From assembly GCA_965200155.1 (NCBI GenBank), contig CBDATR010000024.1, positions 384,001-448,000 of the forward strand: a DNA stretch of 64,000 nt. The letters are read 5' to 3'. The DNA comes from Nitrosopumilaceae archaeon. GTDB lineage: Archaea; Thermoproteota; Nitrososphaeria; Nitrososphaerales; Nitrosopumilaceae. Positions 1-10,786 of this stretch are shown in pieces. The notes below the pieces were generated by a model that was not told the DNA's origin, did no database searches, and saw only the letters and a list, made by a program, of their open reading frames with translations. Positions within the stretch are counted from its first letter, which is position 1. Each line of letters begins with the position of its first letter. The translations under genes were made by a program, and so were the position numbers.

Positions 1-97
1 CAGGAATAAAAAGGCGACCCAGACAATTAGGGCAAATGATGCAAAATGGATGGAGCGGGATGCCAATGACTAGCGGACCGACTTTTCATACATTACA
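1..97 (+). mobile_element. 3' end of defective IS481-like element (continues left of window)
   Basis: Near-identical to 13652..13748 and to the reverse complement of 4356.. and 59169..; ends ...CTTTTCATACATTACA. Confidence 0.85.
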
Positions 98-115
98 ATG
101 GTGGGCGCTATACAA
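98..115. repeat. Partial copy of the terminal inverted repeat of the TnpB element
   Basis: ATGGTGGGCGCTATACAA matches 33631..33648 ATGGTGGACGCTATACAA at 17/18. Confidence 0.65.
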
Positions 116-149
116 CAACTCTTATTTACTTTTATTGGACTGTTGACTT

Positions 150-1562
150 ATGGAAGAGTTTGACAGCCTGCTCCAACGACTGCTAGATTCCAGTCCGGAC
201 CTGGATCGCGAAGATATAATGACTCGGATAAAGGAGAAGAAGCACAAGATTGGTGCCGGATACCTGACGGATCAGGGTGCTCTGTTCTTGGTGGCATCAG
301 ATTTGGGCATACAAATCAGCGAACCACTGTCTAACCAGATAAGCCTGAAAGAACTCTACGCCGGGGCCAAGGATGTAACCCTCGATGCCCGTGTCATGAC
401 AATCTCCCCGCCTCAGCAATACTCCCGCAGGGATGGCACGAATCATTATCGCCGTACCATGCTCATATATGATGCAGATACAGCATGTCAGGTAAGCATA
501 TGGGATGATCACGCAAAAGATGACATACTAGATCAGTTGGCTCCTGGTGATACAATAAAGATTACCGGCGCATACATAAAATCTGACATAAGGGGTGACT
601 GCGTAGTGAACTTGGGCGAGGGCTCGGAGGTATCTGCCGGTTCCGAGATGCCTAGCATTCCCGGTATTGATAAAATTGCCAAGGATGCAGAAGATTTGGA
701 GGAGACCGACAGGAATGTTGTGATAACGGGTCTCTTGGATGGAATGATTACTACCATGAACTTTACCAGAAAAAGCGGACAGCCCTCTTCTGCACTAAGG
801 ATGAGGCTGAAAGGCAGGAATGGCTCCAATTACCGGGTTGTGATATGGGGCCAGAATGACTCTGATATTCCCAAGATGATACCAGTCAATGCATCAGTCA
901 AGCTTATCGGGGTACATGCACGAAAAACCAACTCAGGTCTGGAGATACATGGATCTGAGGCAACCATGGTGGATGTGGCAAGCCATGATTCACAGTCGCC
1001 GCTGGTTTTGCGCGTTTTATCCCTGTCTCAGGGTGATCGTGGCAGCGGAATGATACTGTGCGTAAACAAGGACAAGACCCTCTACTTTGTAACGGACGAG
1101 TCAGACCATCACAAGGCATGTAGGGAAGACGGTGTAGTGGAGCTTGTTCCCACAAAGACATTTGGCCAGTACGTCATTTTAGGTGGGGATTCCTACCTTA
1201 TTCCAGCCGATGATGACGGATCAATTCCGCGCCGAAACCAGCTCAGGACGCGTCTCGCGGACACCGACATAGGTGGAAGTTACTGCATAGAGGTGGTGGT
1301 TCTGCAGGATCCGGAGATTCGGGATATCCAGACCAGATCCGGCGAGTCCATTCAGCTATTGGAGATGCATGTAGGTGATGACACTGACCAGATGTGGTTG
1401 AAAGGATGGAGGACACAGGCGCGACTAGCTAGCAATTGCAAGGTGGGTGATAGGCTGTCTATAACCGGACTGAACGCGCGGCAGGGTTTGGAGGGTCGCA
1501 TTGACTTGGTGCTTTCGGCATATTCCTCAATAAACCCAATCACTGACTCCAAAACTTCCTAG
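150..1562 (+). CDS. Replication protein A-like multi-OB-fold ssDNA-binding protein
   Basis: N-terminal GAGYLTDQGALFLVASDLG typical of thaumarchaeal RPA; repeated OB folds (FTRKSG, IQTRSGE, GDDTDQMWLKGW). Confidence 0.8.
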   Translation: MEEFDSLLQRLLDSSPDLDREDIMTRIKEKKHKIGAGYLTDQGALFLVASDLGIQISEPLSNQISLKELYAGAKDVTLDARVMTISPPQQYSRRDGTNHYRRTMLIYDADTACQVSIWDDHAKDDILDQLAPGDTIKITGAYIKSDIRGDCVVNLGEGSEVSAGSEMPSIPGIDKIAKDAEDLEETDRNVVITGLLDGMITTMNFTRKSGQPSSALRMRLKGRNGSNYRVVIWGQNDSDIPKMIPVNASVKLIGVHARKTNSGLEIHGSEATMVDVASHDSQSPLVLRVLSLSQGDRGSGMILCVNKDKTLYFVTDESDHHKACREDGVVELVPTKTFGQYVILGGDSYLIPADDDGSIPRRNQLRTRLADTDIGGSYCIEVVVLQDPEIRDIQTRSGESIQLLEMHVGDDTDQMWLKGWRTQARLASNCKVGDRLSITGLNARQGLEGRIDLVLSAYSSINPITDSKTS

Positions 1563-4233
1563 TCAGCACATACTGTCGCTCAGCCTCGTATATCTGCTGT
1601 AGTGTGTACTTTTGGTCTACCATGTTTCGCAGTATGCGCGCCCCGGTATCGGCACCTACTCCATACCCCGAGAGTACCAGCAGGGCAGTTGCACCAAACG
1701 TCTCTATGAGTGAGGATACCTTCCATGCCCTCTTGTATGCATGGCTCTCCTGCGCGCTGAGTCTTTGCCCCGCATACTTTTTTGATATTATCTTTGGCAG
1801 TTCATGATCTGAGTAAAAAGTGGCCGTGACCTGCCGGGCCTTGCAGTATGGGCAGGGTTGTATGGTCTTGACTTCCCGGGTTTCCATTACTCTCTGCCAC
1901 TTCCCGCATCTGGCGCAGACAAGGCGGTGCTTGGTCTTTTGCAGTCTCTCATACACTATGCCAAGTAGCTCTGGGTCTATCTGTGTTGATTGGTATTTTT
2001 TCGTTGTATGATCCAGTATGGGTTGGGCCAGCGATGATAATGTATCCATGTCCCTCCATTCCAGGGGAATGGCGCCATCCCTTATGCGCTCCAGCACAAG
2101 GCCGGTTCCCTCTATGTCATATTTGCCATGAAAGAGATCACGCAGGGCCTCCTGGACAATGGGTGTGCCCTTGTACCTCTCATACATGAATCGTGACCTT
2201 TTGCGGTCGTACACCTCATCCTTGCTTAATACGCCAAACTTTTTGCATGCCTGCCACACCCGCCAGTTGACGTTATGGGTGCCTGCCACCGATGCTATTA
2301 CAACCTCGCGCAAGTCATACTGATCCTGCAGTGCCTCGTATACGGCCGCCTGTGTTATTCTGCCCGGCGAGGTCAGGGCGATCCTGTATGCATCCGAGCG
2401 GGAGCGCACCACGCTGCCACGGGCAGCAGATATTATGGATGAAAGCAGGGCTGCCAGTGTAGCATTTATGCGTGTACCCATGCAGGAGTGTATTACGACC
2501 AGTCCCTTGGATCTTGTAGCCTCAATGATTATGGATACTGCCTGTATCTGGGCGGGTGGTCCCAGGGAGCGGCGCTCCTCCATGGTTCCCACTATGGCAG
2601 CGGTCTCCATATCAACTGACAGACTCTCACCCTCCCAATACGGTATGGCTATGTCTTGGCTTCTAGCTGGCTCCACATTAACCTGGAGTGCCTTCTCGTC
2701 TACGTCTACTATCCTCCACTGGGAACCGCGCAGTATGAATACACTACCTGCCTCCCCATTATCTCCTACAAAGCGCTGATCCAGACTGCCGATTGGGCGC
2801 TTGGCCGCCGTATCAAATACGCGAAACTTGAGAATGTCGGGGATAGTGGTCAAATTCTCCAAATGATACATGAAGGCCCGCCTCCCCAGCGTATATGTGG
2901 CACTGTCACGATCAAACACCACTATTCGCCGGGCGTCCAACACATCTAGCACATCATACAGGTCTTTCTCTGTAATGAGACGATATGGATATGCCTCGGT
3001 TACCGTGCTCAGGACCTGCTGCAGGGTCAGTGGCCCGCCAGTCTGGTACAGTAACCCTACCATGTGATGGGCCATTACGTCCAGGGGGGCGCAGTGCACT
3101 CTTTGGCTCTCAATACTGCCTTCCTGTACCCTTTTGATGATTGCGCGGGCCTCGTACATGTCGTCTTGGTGGTTTGCGACAATGAGTCCATGCGCAGATC
3201 TATGCCCGTGGTGCCTGCTCCGTCCTATGCGCTGTACAAGTTTTGAGACCTGCCGGGGCGATCCATAGTGTATTACAAGTTCCACATCACCAATGTCCAG
3301 GCCCAGCTCTAGCGAGGAAGTGCATACAACCATTCTCTCCCCTCCCTTTCGCAGGACTTCCTCTGTGTCCTGGCGAACCTGCTTTGAGAGGGATCCATGA
3401 TGCATGTCAACGGGGATGGCTGTTCTCTCCCTAAGAGTGGCTGCCAAAAGCTCCGCCTCACCCCTAGTATTGGTAAAGAGCAATACTGGCGACTTTATGT
3501 TACACTTTGTAATGTGCGCCACTATGGCATCGGACACATTTGTAATCTCCCCTTCCGCAAGAACAATCTCCACATTATACTCTCGCAGGGTTCTGTCCCT
3601 CACTATGCGGCACCGGCGATGCGTTCCGGCAACAAACTTTGCCGCCTGTTTGGTATTACCCAAAGTGGCTGACAGGCCTATCCTAGTTAGCGGATATGTC
3701 GTATTCTTCTGTAGTCGTTCCAGGGTTATGCTAAGCTGGGATCCCCGCTTGTTGGGCACTATCTCGTGGACCTCGTCTATAATGACCCATTTCAGTTTGG
3801 AGAGGGCTGAGAGCATCTTGGGCTGAGATAGCAATACAACGGCGGTCTCTGGGGTTGTAATCAGTATGTCCGGTGGCGACTTGGCTATTTGCTGCCTTTC
3901 CCTGGCTGTTGTGTCCCCGTGCCTCACCTTTATCTCTAGATTGTTATTCTCTGCATACTGCGTAATGCGCCTGAATATGTCCCGGTTAAGGGCGCGCAGC
4001 GGTGTTATGTAGAGACAGCGTATGTGGCCAGGCGCGCGGTCATGACTTATGCTGTGAAATACGGGAATCACGGCACACTCAGTCTTGCCGGAGCCGGTTG
4101 GCGCCACAATCACGGAGTCTTTCTTTTGTAGTATTTGCGGTGTCGCCATGTACTGTATCTGGGTTGGCCTGGCAAAACCCATGGATGCGAAGATATCTTT
4201 TACCTTACTGGTTATTCTTGTGTGCTCTTTCAT
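1540..4233 (-). CDS. lhr: Lhr-like DEAD/H helicase
   Basis: APTGSGKT, ITPLRALNRD, DEVH, SAT, HHGSLS, LELGLDIG, QRIGRS; C-terminal CxxC...CPYC. Confidence 0.9.
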   Translation of the reverse strand: MKEHTRITSKVKDIFASMGFARPTQIQYMATPQILQKKDSVIVAPTGSGKTECAVIPVFHSISHDRAPGHIRCLYITPLRALNRDIFRRITQYAENNNLEIKVRHGDTTARERQQIAKSPPDILITTPETAVVLLSQPKMLSALSKLKWVIIDEVHEIVPNKRGSQLSITLERLQKNTTYPLTRIGLSATLGNTKQAAKFVAGTHRRCRIVRDRTLREYNVEIVLAEGEITNVSDAIVAHITKCNIKSPVLLFTNTRGEAELLAATLRERTAIPVDMHHGSLSKQVRQDTEEVLRKGGERMVVCTSSLELGLDIGDVELVIHYGSPRQVSKLVQRIGRSRHHGHRSAHGLIVANHQDDMYEARAIIKRVQEGSIESQRVHCAPLDVMAHHMVGLLYQTGGPLTLQQVLSTVTEAYPYRLITEKDLYDVLDVLDARRIVVFDRDSATYTLGRRAFMYHLENLTTIPDILKFRVFDTAAKRPIGSLDQRFVGDNGEAGSVFILRGSQWRIVDVDEKALQVNVEPARSQDIAIPYWEGESLSVDMETAAIVGTMEERRSLGPPAQIQAVSIIIEATRSKGLVVIHSCMGTRINATLAALLSSIISAARGSVVRSRSDAYRIALTSPGRITQAAVYEALQDQYDLREVVIASVAGTHNVNWRVWQACKKFGVLSKDEVYDRKRSRFMYERYKGTPIVQEALRDLFHGKYDIEGTGLVLERIRDGAIPLEWRDMDTLSSLAQPILDHTTKKYQSTQIDPELLGIVYERLQKTKHRLVCARCGKWQRVMETREVKTIQPCPYCKARQVTATFYSDHELPKIISKKYAGQRLSAQESHAYKRAWKVSSLIETFGATALLVLSGYGVGADTGARILRNMVDQKYTLQQIYEAERQYVLTRKFWSQ

Positions 4234-4355
4234 AGAATAATGCGCCCGCTATGCCAATAACAAAGAGGACTGGCACTATTATTGGTATTGCGTCGTACAA
4301 TTGTGTGTAATGCTTGCTTGTAATGAATAAATACATTTTGAGAGTCCAGTATTAT

Positions 4356-5313
4356 TGTAATGTATGAAAAGTCGGTCCGCTAGTCATTGGCATCCCGCTC
4401 CATCCATTTTGCATCATTTGCCCTAATTGTCTGGGTCGCCTTTTTGTTCCTGAAGTGGCGTTTCGCCGTTATCTATATCCAGTGAGAAGTGCAACCTTCT
4501 CTCATTGTAGTAGTCAACATAATCCCGGAGACTGTCATAATGCCATATCTCGTTGGACTCTTAAATAGGAGTCCCCTCGTCCTCAATCATTCCATGGAAG
4601 CGCTCCAGTTTGCCATTTGTCTGCGGGGGGTATGGTCTGGAATTGATTAGTATGATGTCTTGATCCAGCAGTTCTTCCTAGAATAGTGGGTTTCCAGCTT
4701 TTCTTGCCCTTTTATTGTCCTACGAAACACGCGCCGTTATCCGAGATGCAGGGGCGCCGAATCGTTCTATAGCCAATCTCATTAATAGAGTGGCGTTCTC
4801 TGAGGTTGCATGCTCAAATAGTGCCGCTCCGACTATACACCTGGATGCATCATCTATGAGATTCAGTCCCCCTGAAGCGCTCATCTTTTCATGACATGCC
4901 AGTGCCACATTGCATTGGAATATTTACGCTCATAGCGTACCCACTCTGACTTTGCAGGTGATGATCCTGCCGTACCGTTCTTTTTCATTATGTGATATAC
5001 TGCGCGATATGTATTATGTCTCAGTCTCTTTGCAATATGTACTACTCCTGCGGGATCCTTGCTGTATGCTTCAGTCACCATTCGTATCTGGGTGGCGGTG
5101 ATTGGTATCATGGGCCTGCCCCTCTTTACTCGAGTCGTTCCCGTTCTCTGGTTCACAATCTTCGTACGTGTCTTGTTTCAGGTCTTGAGATATATTGGTT
5201 GCGGCAACGCCTCTTTTGTCGTGATTCCTCTGTTATTCTCTTTACCATATGGCTTGTGCAATCTGAACTACTGTACGCCGGATCCTAAGCGGACTTACTT
5301 TTCGTACTATTGA
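4356..5313 (-). mobile_element. Defective IS481-family element, copy 1 (fragmented transposase)
   Basis: Imperfect TIRs TGTAATGTATGAAAAGT / TCAATAGTACGAAAAGT; fragments WVRYERKYSNAMWH, DDASRCIV, PQTNGKLERFH; repeated at 12726 and 59169. Confidence 0.85.
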
Positions 5314-5366
5314 ACGCCATGAGTGTGGCACAAATTATATACAAACGAAAAAATCCAGACAATCTA

Positions 5367-6833
5367 ATGTATCGGGGCAGGCTCTCAGAGGAATTAAATC
5401 ATGATGCCAAAGAGTATGTATCATCCACAGAGTCCGATAAAAAAATACAGATTCATGACATACAGGGAACCCGGGTGCACGTACTCATGTTATACAAGAT
5501 AGGCATGATGCCAAAGAAGGATGCCGTAAACATACTGTCTGTACTGAGTGAGGCGAATACAACACAAGGCATTTCAGAGAAGGAATACAATGACGCGGAA
5601 GATGGACACGAACTTTTAGAGGCATATGTAGCTAGGCAGGCAGGCGAGTCTGGCGGCAGTATGCATGCAGGTCGCTCCAGAAATGACCAAGTAGCCTTGG
5701 CAATAAGACTGAAACTGCGTGCAGACACCATAATCATACAGAGAGGCATACTGGCCCTAGCTGAGGTACTGTTAAGACAAGCGGAGTCCAATACAGGTAC
5801 GCGCGTCCCGCTATACACACACCTGCAGCACGCCCAGCCAGGTCTTTTGTCACATTATATGATAGCATATATGGACGCACTTCTGCGAGACTACCACAGG
5901 TTCCAGGACATGTACGCGCGAATAAATGCCAGTCCACTGGGGGCAGGCCCGGTGGCTGGGAGTAGCTTGCCCATAGACAGGCTGCTTACCGCTGAGATGC
6001 TGGCCTTTCCTAGCATAGTGGAGAACTCCCTTGATGCCACCGGTACCCGAGACGGTATTTCAGAATTTGTCTCTTGTGTGGCCTTAATGATGGTTAATCT
6101 AAGCAGGATGGCCGAGGATTTTGTTTTGTGGTCCAGTGATGAGTTCTCGTTTATAGAATTGGGAGATGATGTGTCCTCACCGTCTAGCGCCATGCCACAG
6201 AAAAAGAATCCCGATGTCATGGAGTTGACACGGGGAAAAGCCGCGCGAGCAATAGGGGACTTAACCTCAGTTTTGGCCATACAAAAGGGCCTAGCATCAG
6301 GGTATGGCAGGGATCTTCAGGAGACAAAGGAGCCAGCATGGTCATCCTCAAGCAATGCACAAGGAGCGCTTAGTGTTATGATGCAAGTAATAGAGGGTAT
6401 GAAGATAAACCGGAACCGGATGGGCAAGTCTGCGCATAGTAATTCACTGCTGGCGCTGGGCATAGCAGAAGAACTTGTGCGCCGGGGCGTATCTTTCCGT
6501 GATGCACACAGGGTAGTTGGAGCCCTTGTACAAAAGGCGCACGCCATGAATAAACGGTTGGGAGATATGAACAAAGACGAGATAGAGGAGGCGTGTGATC
6601 TGGATGCTGCCATTGTGCTGGACGCAATATTGCATTGCGTGAAAAGCGACGTAGTATCATACACCAGCATAGGCTCCGCGTCCGTGGAACAGCAGCATCA
6701 CATGATAAAACATCGCAGAATAGTTCTTGCACGCCTCTGTGAGATGCTAGAGCAACAACAAACAAGTATCAGCCAAGGCATGTCAAAAACTGACAAAGAG
6801 ATAGAGGCACTGCTGTCCCAGCCCGCCGAGTAG
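5367..6833 (+). CDS. argH: Argininosuccinate lyase
   Basis: HAGRSRNDQV, YTHLQHAQP, SSAMPQKKNPD; ATG at 5367 preferred. Confidence 0.95.
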   Translation: MYRGRLSEELNHDAKEYVSSTESDKKIQIHDIQGTRVHVLMLYKIGMMPKKDAVNILSVLSEANTTQGISEKEYNDAEDGHELLEAYVARQAGESGGSMHAGRSRNDQVALAIRLKLRADTIIIQRGILALAEVLLRQAESNTGTRVPLYTHLQHAQPGLLSHYMIAYMDALLRDYHRFQDMYARINASPLGAGPVAGSSLPIDRLLTAEMLAFPSIVENSLDATGTRDGISEFVSCVALMMVNLSRMAEDFVLWSSDEFSFIELGDDVSSPSSAMPQKKNPDVMELTRGKAARAIGDLTSVLAIQKGLASGYGRDLQETKEPAWSSSSNAQGALSVMMQVIEGMKINRNRMGKSAHSNSLLALGIAEELVRRGVSFRDAHRVVGALVQKAHAMNKRLGDMNKDEIEEACDLDAAIVLDAILHCVKSDVVSYTSIGSASVEQQHHMIKHRRIVLARLCEMLEQQQTSISQGMSKTDKEIEALLSQPAE

Positions 6834-6842
6834 ACATTCCCA

Positions 6843-7958
6843 TCATGACTCTTCTATATGAGCCACACCCTTGCATATCATATATGCGGCGGCAAACGCT
6901 GGAACCTGGACATACTCGTTACTGTATGGGCCAAACCGCATACCCCTAAGCGTGAACTGTATTGGGCAAGTGGCACGTACACCTGTTTCCTCACTGTGTA
7001 TTTGTACTGCATGTACGTATGGATCAATATTCATGTCGGCGCATCTTATCTTTACAAGAGAGCTCTTGCCGTTTATGGTGCCGGGCATGCGGAATATACG
7101 ATGCACATCTGAGGTTACATTGGGATCAATACAGACTCCAATAGTCCTGGATACACTATCAATTACGCGCTCCATGGAATCATAGCCAGCCCGCACAAAT
7201 TGTGGTGCCTTTTTGTGTCGGCCAGACTTTGAGCCGAATACACCCCGAGCAAACCTCCCCCGCCACCCCCTTTCATCTAGGCGCGGTAGTAACGAGACAG
7301 TTGCGTTGCTCTTTTTCATGCCCAGCGTGTCAGGCATCAGACCCCGGCACCGGATATAGTCGGTCAGATCATGGCGTTCACGAGATTTTATCTTTGCCAA
7401 AGCGGAACTAGTTACGTGTATGTGATAGCCATCATTTCCCGAAAAGTATACCCGTATACCAGACTCTATTCCCAGATCCTCCTCCAGTATGTCTATTAGT
7501 TTTTCAACCTCTTTCTTGCACTGATCCATGCAGTTATTGCACGGCAGTGATAATGTCGTTGTACGGTTCGAGTCACAAAATGAGCATTTTAAATCCGTGC
7601 CAACAAGACCGCAATCAGAGCATACATGTACAGTATGGGATGAACGACACTTTGCATTGAGATCCTTGGCATCTATATCAAATATTATATCCGCGTCCTG
7701 CCACTCTTTGTCGGACATCGGCAATGCAGGAAACAGATACCTAGCGTTGGATGCGTAGACATCAGTGGGAGCTTCTCGCATCAATAATGGAAGTAAGTCA
7801 TTTTTATCCATTTGGATATGCCGGATCATACCGGAATCATGTCTTTGATATCCAAACTCCCGCTTCTCCATGTGTGGGGGCAACTCTACTGTGGAAAATC
7901 GCTCAAAGTAATAGCGCCGAATGCACGCAGTGATAAATTCGGCATCTGTGGAGATCAT
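6843..7958 (-). CDS. priS: DNA primase small subunit
   Basis: REFGY, FDIDAKDL, YFSGNDGYHIH, IDPNVTSDVHRIFRMPGTIN; start overlaps priL stop. Confidence 0.92.
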   Translation of the reverse strand: MISTDAEFITACIRRYYFERFSTVELPPHMEKREFGYQRHDSGMIRHIQMDKNDLLPLLMREAPTDVYASNARYLFPALPMSDKEWQDADIIFDIDAKDLNAKCRSSHTVHVCSDCGLVGTDLKCSFCDSNRTTTLSLPCNNCMDQCKKEVEKLIDILEEDLGIESGIRVYFSGNDGYHIHVTSSALAKIKSRERHDLTDYIRCRGLMPDTLGMKKSNATVSLLPRLDERGWRGRFARGVFGSKSGRHKKAPQFVRAGYDSMERVIDSVSRTIGVCIDPNVTSDVHRIFRMPGTINGKSSLVKIRCADMNIDPYVHAVQIHSEETGVRATCPIQFTLRGMRFGPYSNEYVQVPAFAAAYMICKGVAHIEES

Positions 7959-8968
7959 CGTGAGCCAAATTGTAAGGGGTTTGATATACCGGCGCATTCT
8001 GGTATGGCATAGCATAAATCCAAGGAGCGCAGTTTTTCACAAGACTGACATGTGTATCTTGTAGATTTTCCAAGCTTGCCAGCCAAATGGTTCAGCTGAT
8101 ATTCAGTAATTGATTGGTTATAGTCAGGAGCATTTTCAAAGTATGGTATAATATCAGGAATGGGATATTCTTGTCCCAGCATATATGTAGCAAGCATAAA
8201 ACGACCTGAGTGGGATAGATTCTTGCCCGCCTTCAAAGTGTCGATTGCATGACTTATGCATGGAGGAATTTTATTGGAAACTATAGTACGAGGCTGGAAT
8301 TTTGCTTCCATATTTTTTAATTGTGCCACAAAATCCTCTAGTCCGGGCACCATACTAGGAGTGGTAGCTGCATGTATCTTGGCAGTAATGTAGTTCACCA
8401 GCTCCTGTCGTATGAGCCGCACCGTTTCATGGGGAGTAAGAAATACCTTGCCTGATTCTACCCGGCGATTTATTAATTTCCATTCTCGTGCATGAAAATA
8501 TACTGCTCTACTAAGATAGTCTGCCACATTTATTATAAAATGATCATCGCTCTCTGATATTTCCACACCGGATATGTCATGTATTATTTTTGTAGCCAAT
8601 CTTCTTGTATCCATGGAGCTTCGTCTTAGATCAGATTCAAGAAAAAACTCGGCACCACGGGCTTCCTGCAGTGAAAATTTTTTTATCAAATACTGGGCGC
8701 GACTAAGTTTTAGCAATATCACAGATAACAGAAAAGACAGTACTTCACGAGGTAGACTGTCAGCAGCGAGATCGCGATTGATATCAGACTTGTATACCTT
8801 ACCCTCTTGCGTAGCCACCTGGATACGGGCAAACGCCCTCTCGCGTATGGATACAAGATCCGGGTCTTCACTGATCTGATCCAGCGTGAATCCGGACTCT
8901 CTCATGTAACGACCTGCATCAGTCAGAAATGGATACTTGGCTAGCTCGTGCGGCCCCAGCTCTATCAA
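7955..8968 (-). CDS. priL: DNA primase large subunit
   Basis: KYPFL, PPCI, NLSHSGRF, Fe-S cysteines CQSC..C..C; adjacent to priS. Confidence 0.92.
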   Translation of the reverse strand: MIELGPHELAKYPFLTDAGRYMRESGFTLDQISEDPDLVSIRERAFARIQVATQEGKVYKSDINRDLAADSLPREVLSFLLSVILLKLSRAQYLIKKFSLQEARGAEFFLESDLRRSSMDTRRLATKIIHDISGVEISESDDHFIINVADYLSRAVYFHAREWKLINRRVESGKVFLTPHETVRLIRQELVNYITAKIHAATTPSMVPGLEDFVAQLKNMEAKFQPRTIVSNKIPPCISHAIDTLKAGKNLSHSGRFMLATYMLGQEYPIPDIIPYFENAPDYNQSITEYQLNHLAGKLGKSTRYTCQSCEKLRSLDLCYAIPECAGISNPLQFGSR

Positions 8969-9093
8969 CCCACATAGTACATTTGTTCTACAATATTGGT
9001 TTTGTGTCCCATAATTACCTGCGTAAACTAAGAATTTATGTAACGGACCAAGGATATGGATTTACACCACTAATCACATGCACAAGCCATACT

Positions 9094-9185
9094 GTATGAG
9101 TTCACCTGTGTCTAAATTTACGCATAACTGATCGCGACAGTTAATGTGATTTGTGCATAAGATTCCGGAAGACGTGAACTCATAC
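9094..9185 (+). mobile_element. 92-bp MITE (canonical)
   Basis: TIR GTATGAGTTCAC/GTGAACTCATAC; 8-bp TSD GCCATACT. Confidence 0.95.
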
Positions 9186-9264
9186 GCCATACTAATTATG
9201 TTGATTTGTTGTGCATGAATTTGAGCATATATGTCATTTAGCCAAATGGTTGCCATATGATGAA

Positions 9265-9352
9265 TGGTGCGGGAGATGGGATTTGAACCCACGAACTCCT
9301 AAGAGATAAGGACCTGAACCTTACGCCTTTGACCGGGCTGGGCGACTCCCGC
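9265..9352 (-). tRNA. tRNA-Leu(CAG)
   Basis: Reverse complement GCGGGAG...TT-CAG-GT anticodon loop, long variable arm, GGTTCAAATCC, CTCCCGCACCA. Confidence 0.95.
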
Positions 9353-9649
9353 AATTATAAAACTTTGATTATATAATATGACTCTTTTGGAAGGAAACAA
9401 ACATGTAACAACGTGCATAAACATCTAGCCTACAATATCACATAATGGTTATTTTTAGTTAGTTTACACCAATTATGAGTAAGTCTTACTAATTATAACG
9501 ATCCGCTGTAAGTAAATTCAGATATAAGTAACTCAGAATTTTATTAAAAATATTTATGAATTAGATGGAGATTATGCATAAAGGTCAGGGAATTCATGAC
9601 AGTAATGGGTTTTGTGCGTGATCGTTTTGGACATCGTTGCTTTGCAGAC

Positions 9650-10079
9650 CTATTTGCATAATGTCCGATCTTTACCAGCTTATGTAGTAATTGCATTGTT
9701 TAACATGCGCGTATCCCCAACCCACTCGCCGGTAACCGTAAATGTGAGTATTCTCTTGCTTTCACCGTCCGCGAGCACTGATGAATCCGCGCCTCTTTTT
9801 CCATTTGGCCCTAATCCACTCGCCACGATTCAAGGCCGGTCGAGTCAACAATCATGGTTCTAGTCAGCTTTTTGTCTGTGCCGATAATCATGCCATTCCC
9901 CTTGTCTATGTCAAGATCTCTTCCGCGTCTGTATATTGTGGAGTAGTACGGGGTTGTATGAGTTCACCTGTGTCTAAATTTACGCATAACTGATCGCGAC
10001 AGTTAGTGTGATTTGTGCACAAGATTCCGGAAGACGTGAACTCATACACGGGGTTTGGTACCCTTCCAGTAGTAATTTT
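9650..10079 (-). pseudogene. IS5-family (IS903-like group) transposase remnant, interrupted and truncated by MITEs
   Basis: Frameshifted fragments TMIVDSTGL, NRGEWIRAKWKKRRGF, ADGESKRILTFTVTGEWVGDTRML; boundaries approximate. Confidence 0.7.
9956..10047 (+). mobile_element. 92-bp MITE
   Basis: TIRs; TSD ACGGGGTT. Confidence 0.95.
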
Positions 10080-10171
10080 GTATGAGTTCACCTGTGTCTA
10101 AATTTACGCATAACTGATCGCGACAATTAATGTGATTTGTGCATAAGATTCCGGAAGACGTGAACTCATAC
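10080..10171 (+). mobile_element. 92-bp MITE without matching TSD
   Basis: TIRs intact; flanks GTAATTTT / CAACCAAA differ. Confidence 0.92.
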
Positions 10172-10350
10172 CAACCAAACTGTATCAAAAAGGCGCACAT
10201 TAATCGAGCATGTCATACGTATGCTCAAGGTGTACCGTAGATTAAGTCAGGTATATGATGGCAGTCGTGAGGAATTCCGGATCTACTCGTAGTATCCGGG
10301 TTGCATAATTTGCACATTATGCACAAGCATACCAGGTACAAGAAATTTTT
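10172..10350 (+). pseudogene. C-terminal remnant of IS5/ISL2-like (DDE_Tnp_4-type) transposase
   Basis: NQTVSKRRTLIEHVIRMLKVYRRLSQVYDG resembles the N..xS..R..IEH.I..LK.YR.L motif. Confidence 0.6.
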
Positions 10351-10443
10351 GAAAAATATCTGTCCATAATTTCCGTGATATTATAATTCAAATATTACTC
10401 ATCAGAAAATCCACTAAATTAATGGGTTTTGTGGTAACAGTTT

Positions 10444-10535
10444 GTATGAGTTCACGTCTTCCGGAATCTTATGCACAAATCACATTAACTGTCGCGATCA
10501 GTTATGCGTAAATTTAGACACAGGTGAACTCACAC
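10444..10535 (-). mobile_element. 92-bp MITE
   Basis: Reverse copy; TSD AACAGTTT/AACCGTTT (7/8). Confidence 0.92.
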
Positions 10536-10582
10536 AACCGTTTAGCTCACTCATGATATACGTCATCAATATCCGGTCACCC

Positions 10583-10627
10583 CACTACACGACATTTGCA
10601 ATCACGGCATACGTTAGTGCTGGCAGG
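10583..10627 (+). repeat. 45-bp dispersed repeat (partner at 53422..53466, inverted)
   Basis: 40/45 identity by manual alignment. Confidence 0.7.
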
Positions 10628-10786
10628 TGGCATTAACATTGTTCATGCTTGACTGATTGTGTGCCATAAAATACACCCTAGTTTGAAGCAACATGTGCTG
10701 CTACTGTCAATCATGCGCATAAGGTTTAATGTCCATTATTTACATAAATTCCAATGGACTAAATATGGTGATGCCTAGAGGTCTAT

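Noticed and set aside
9074-10636. Small ORFs sharing YEFTSSGILCTNHINCRDQLCVNLDTGEL
   Set aside because: Read-through translations of the MITE, not a protein family.
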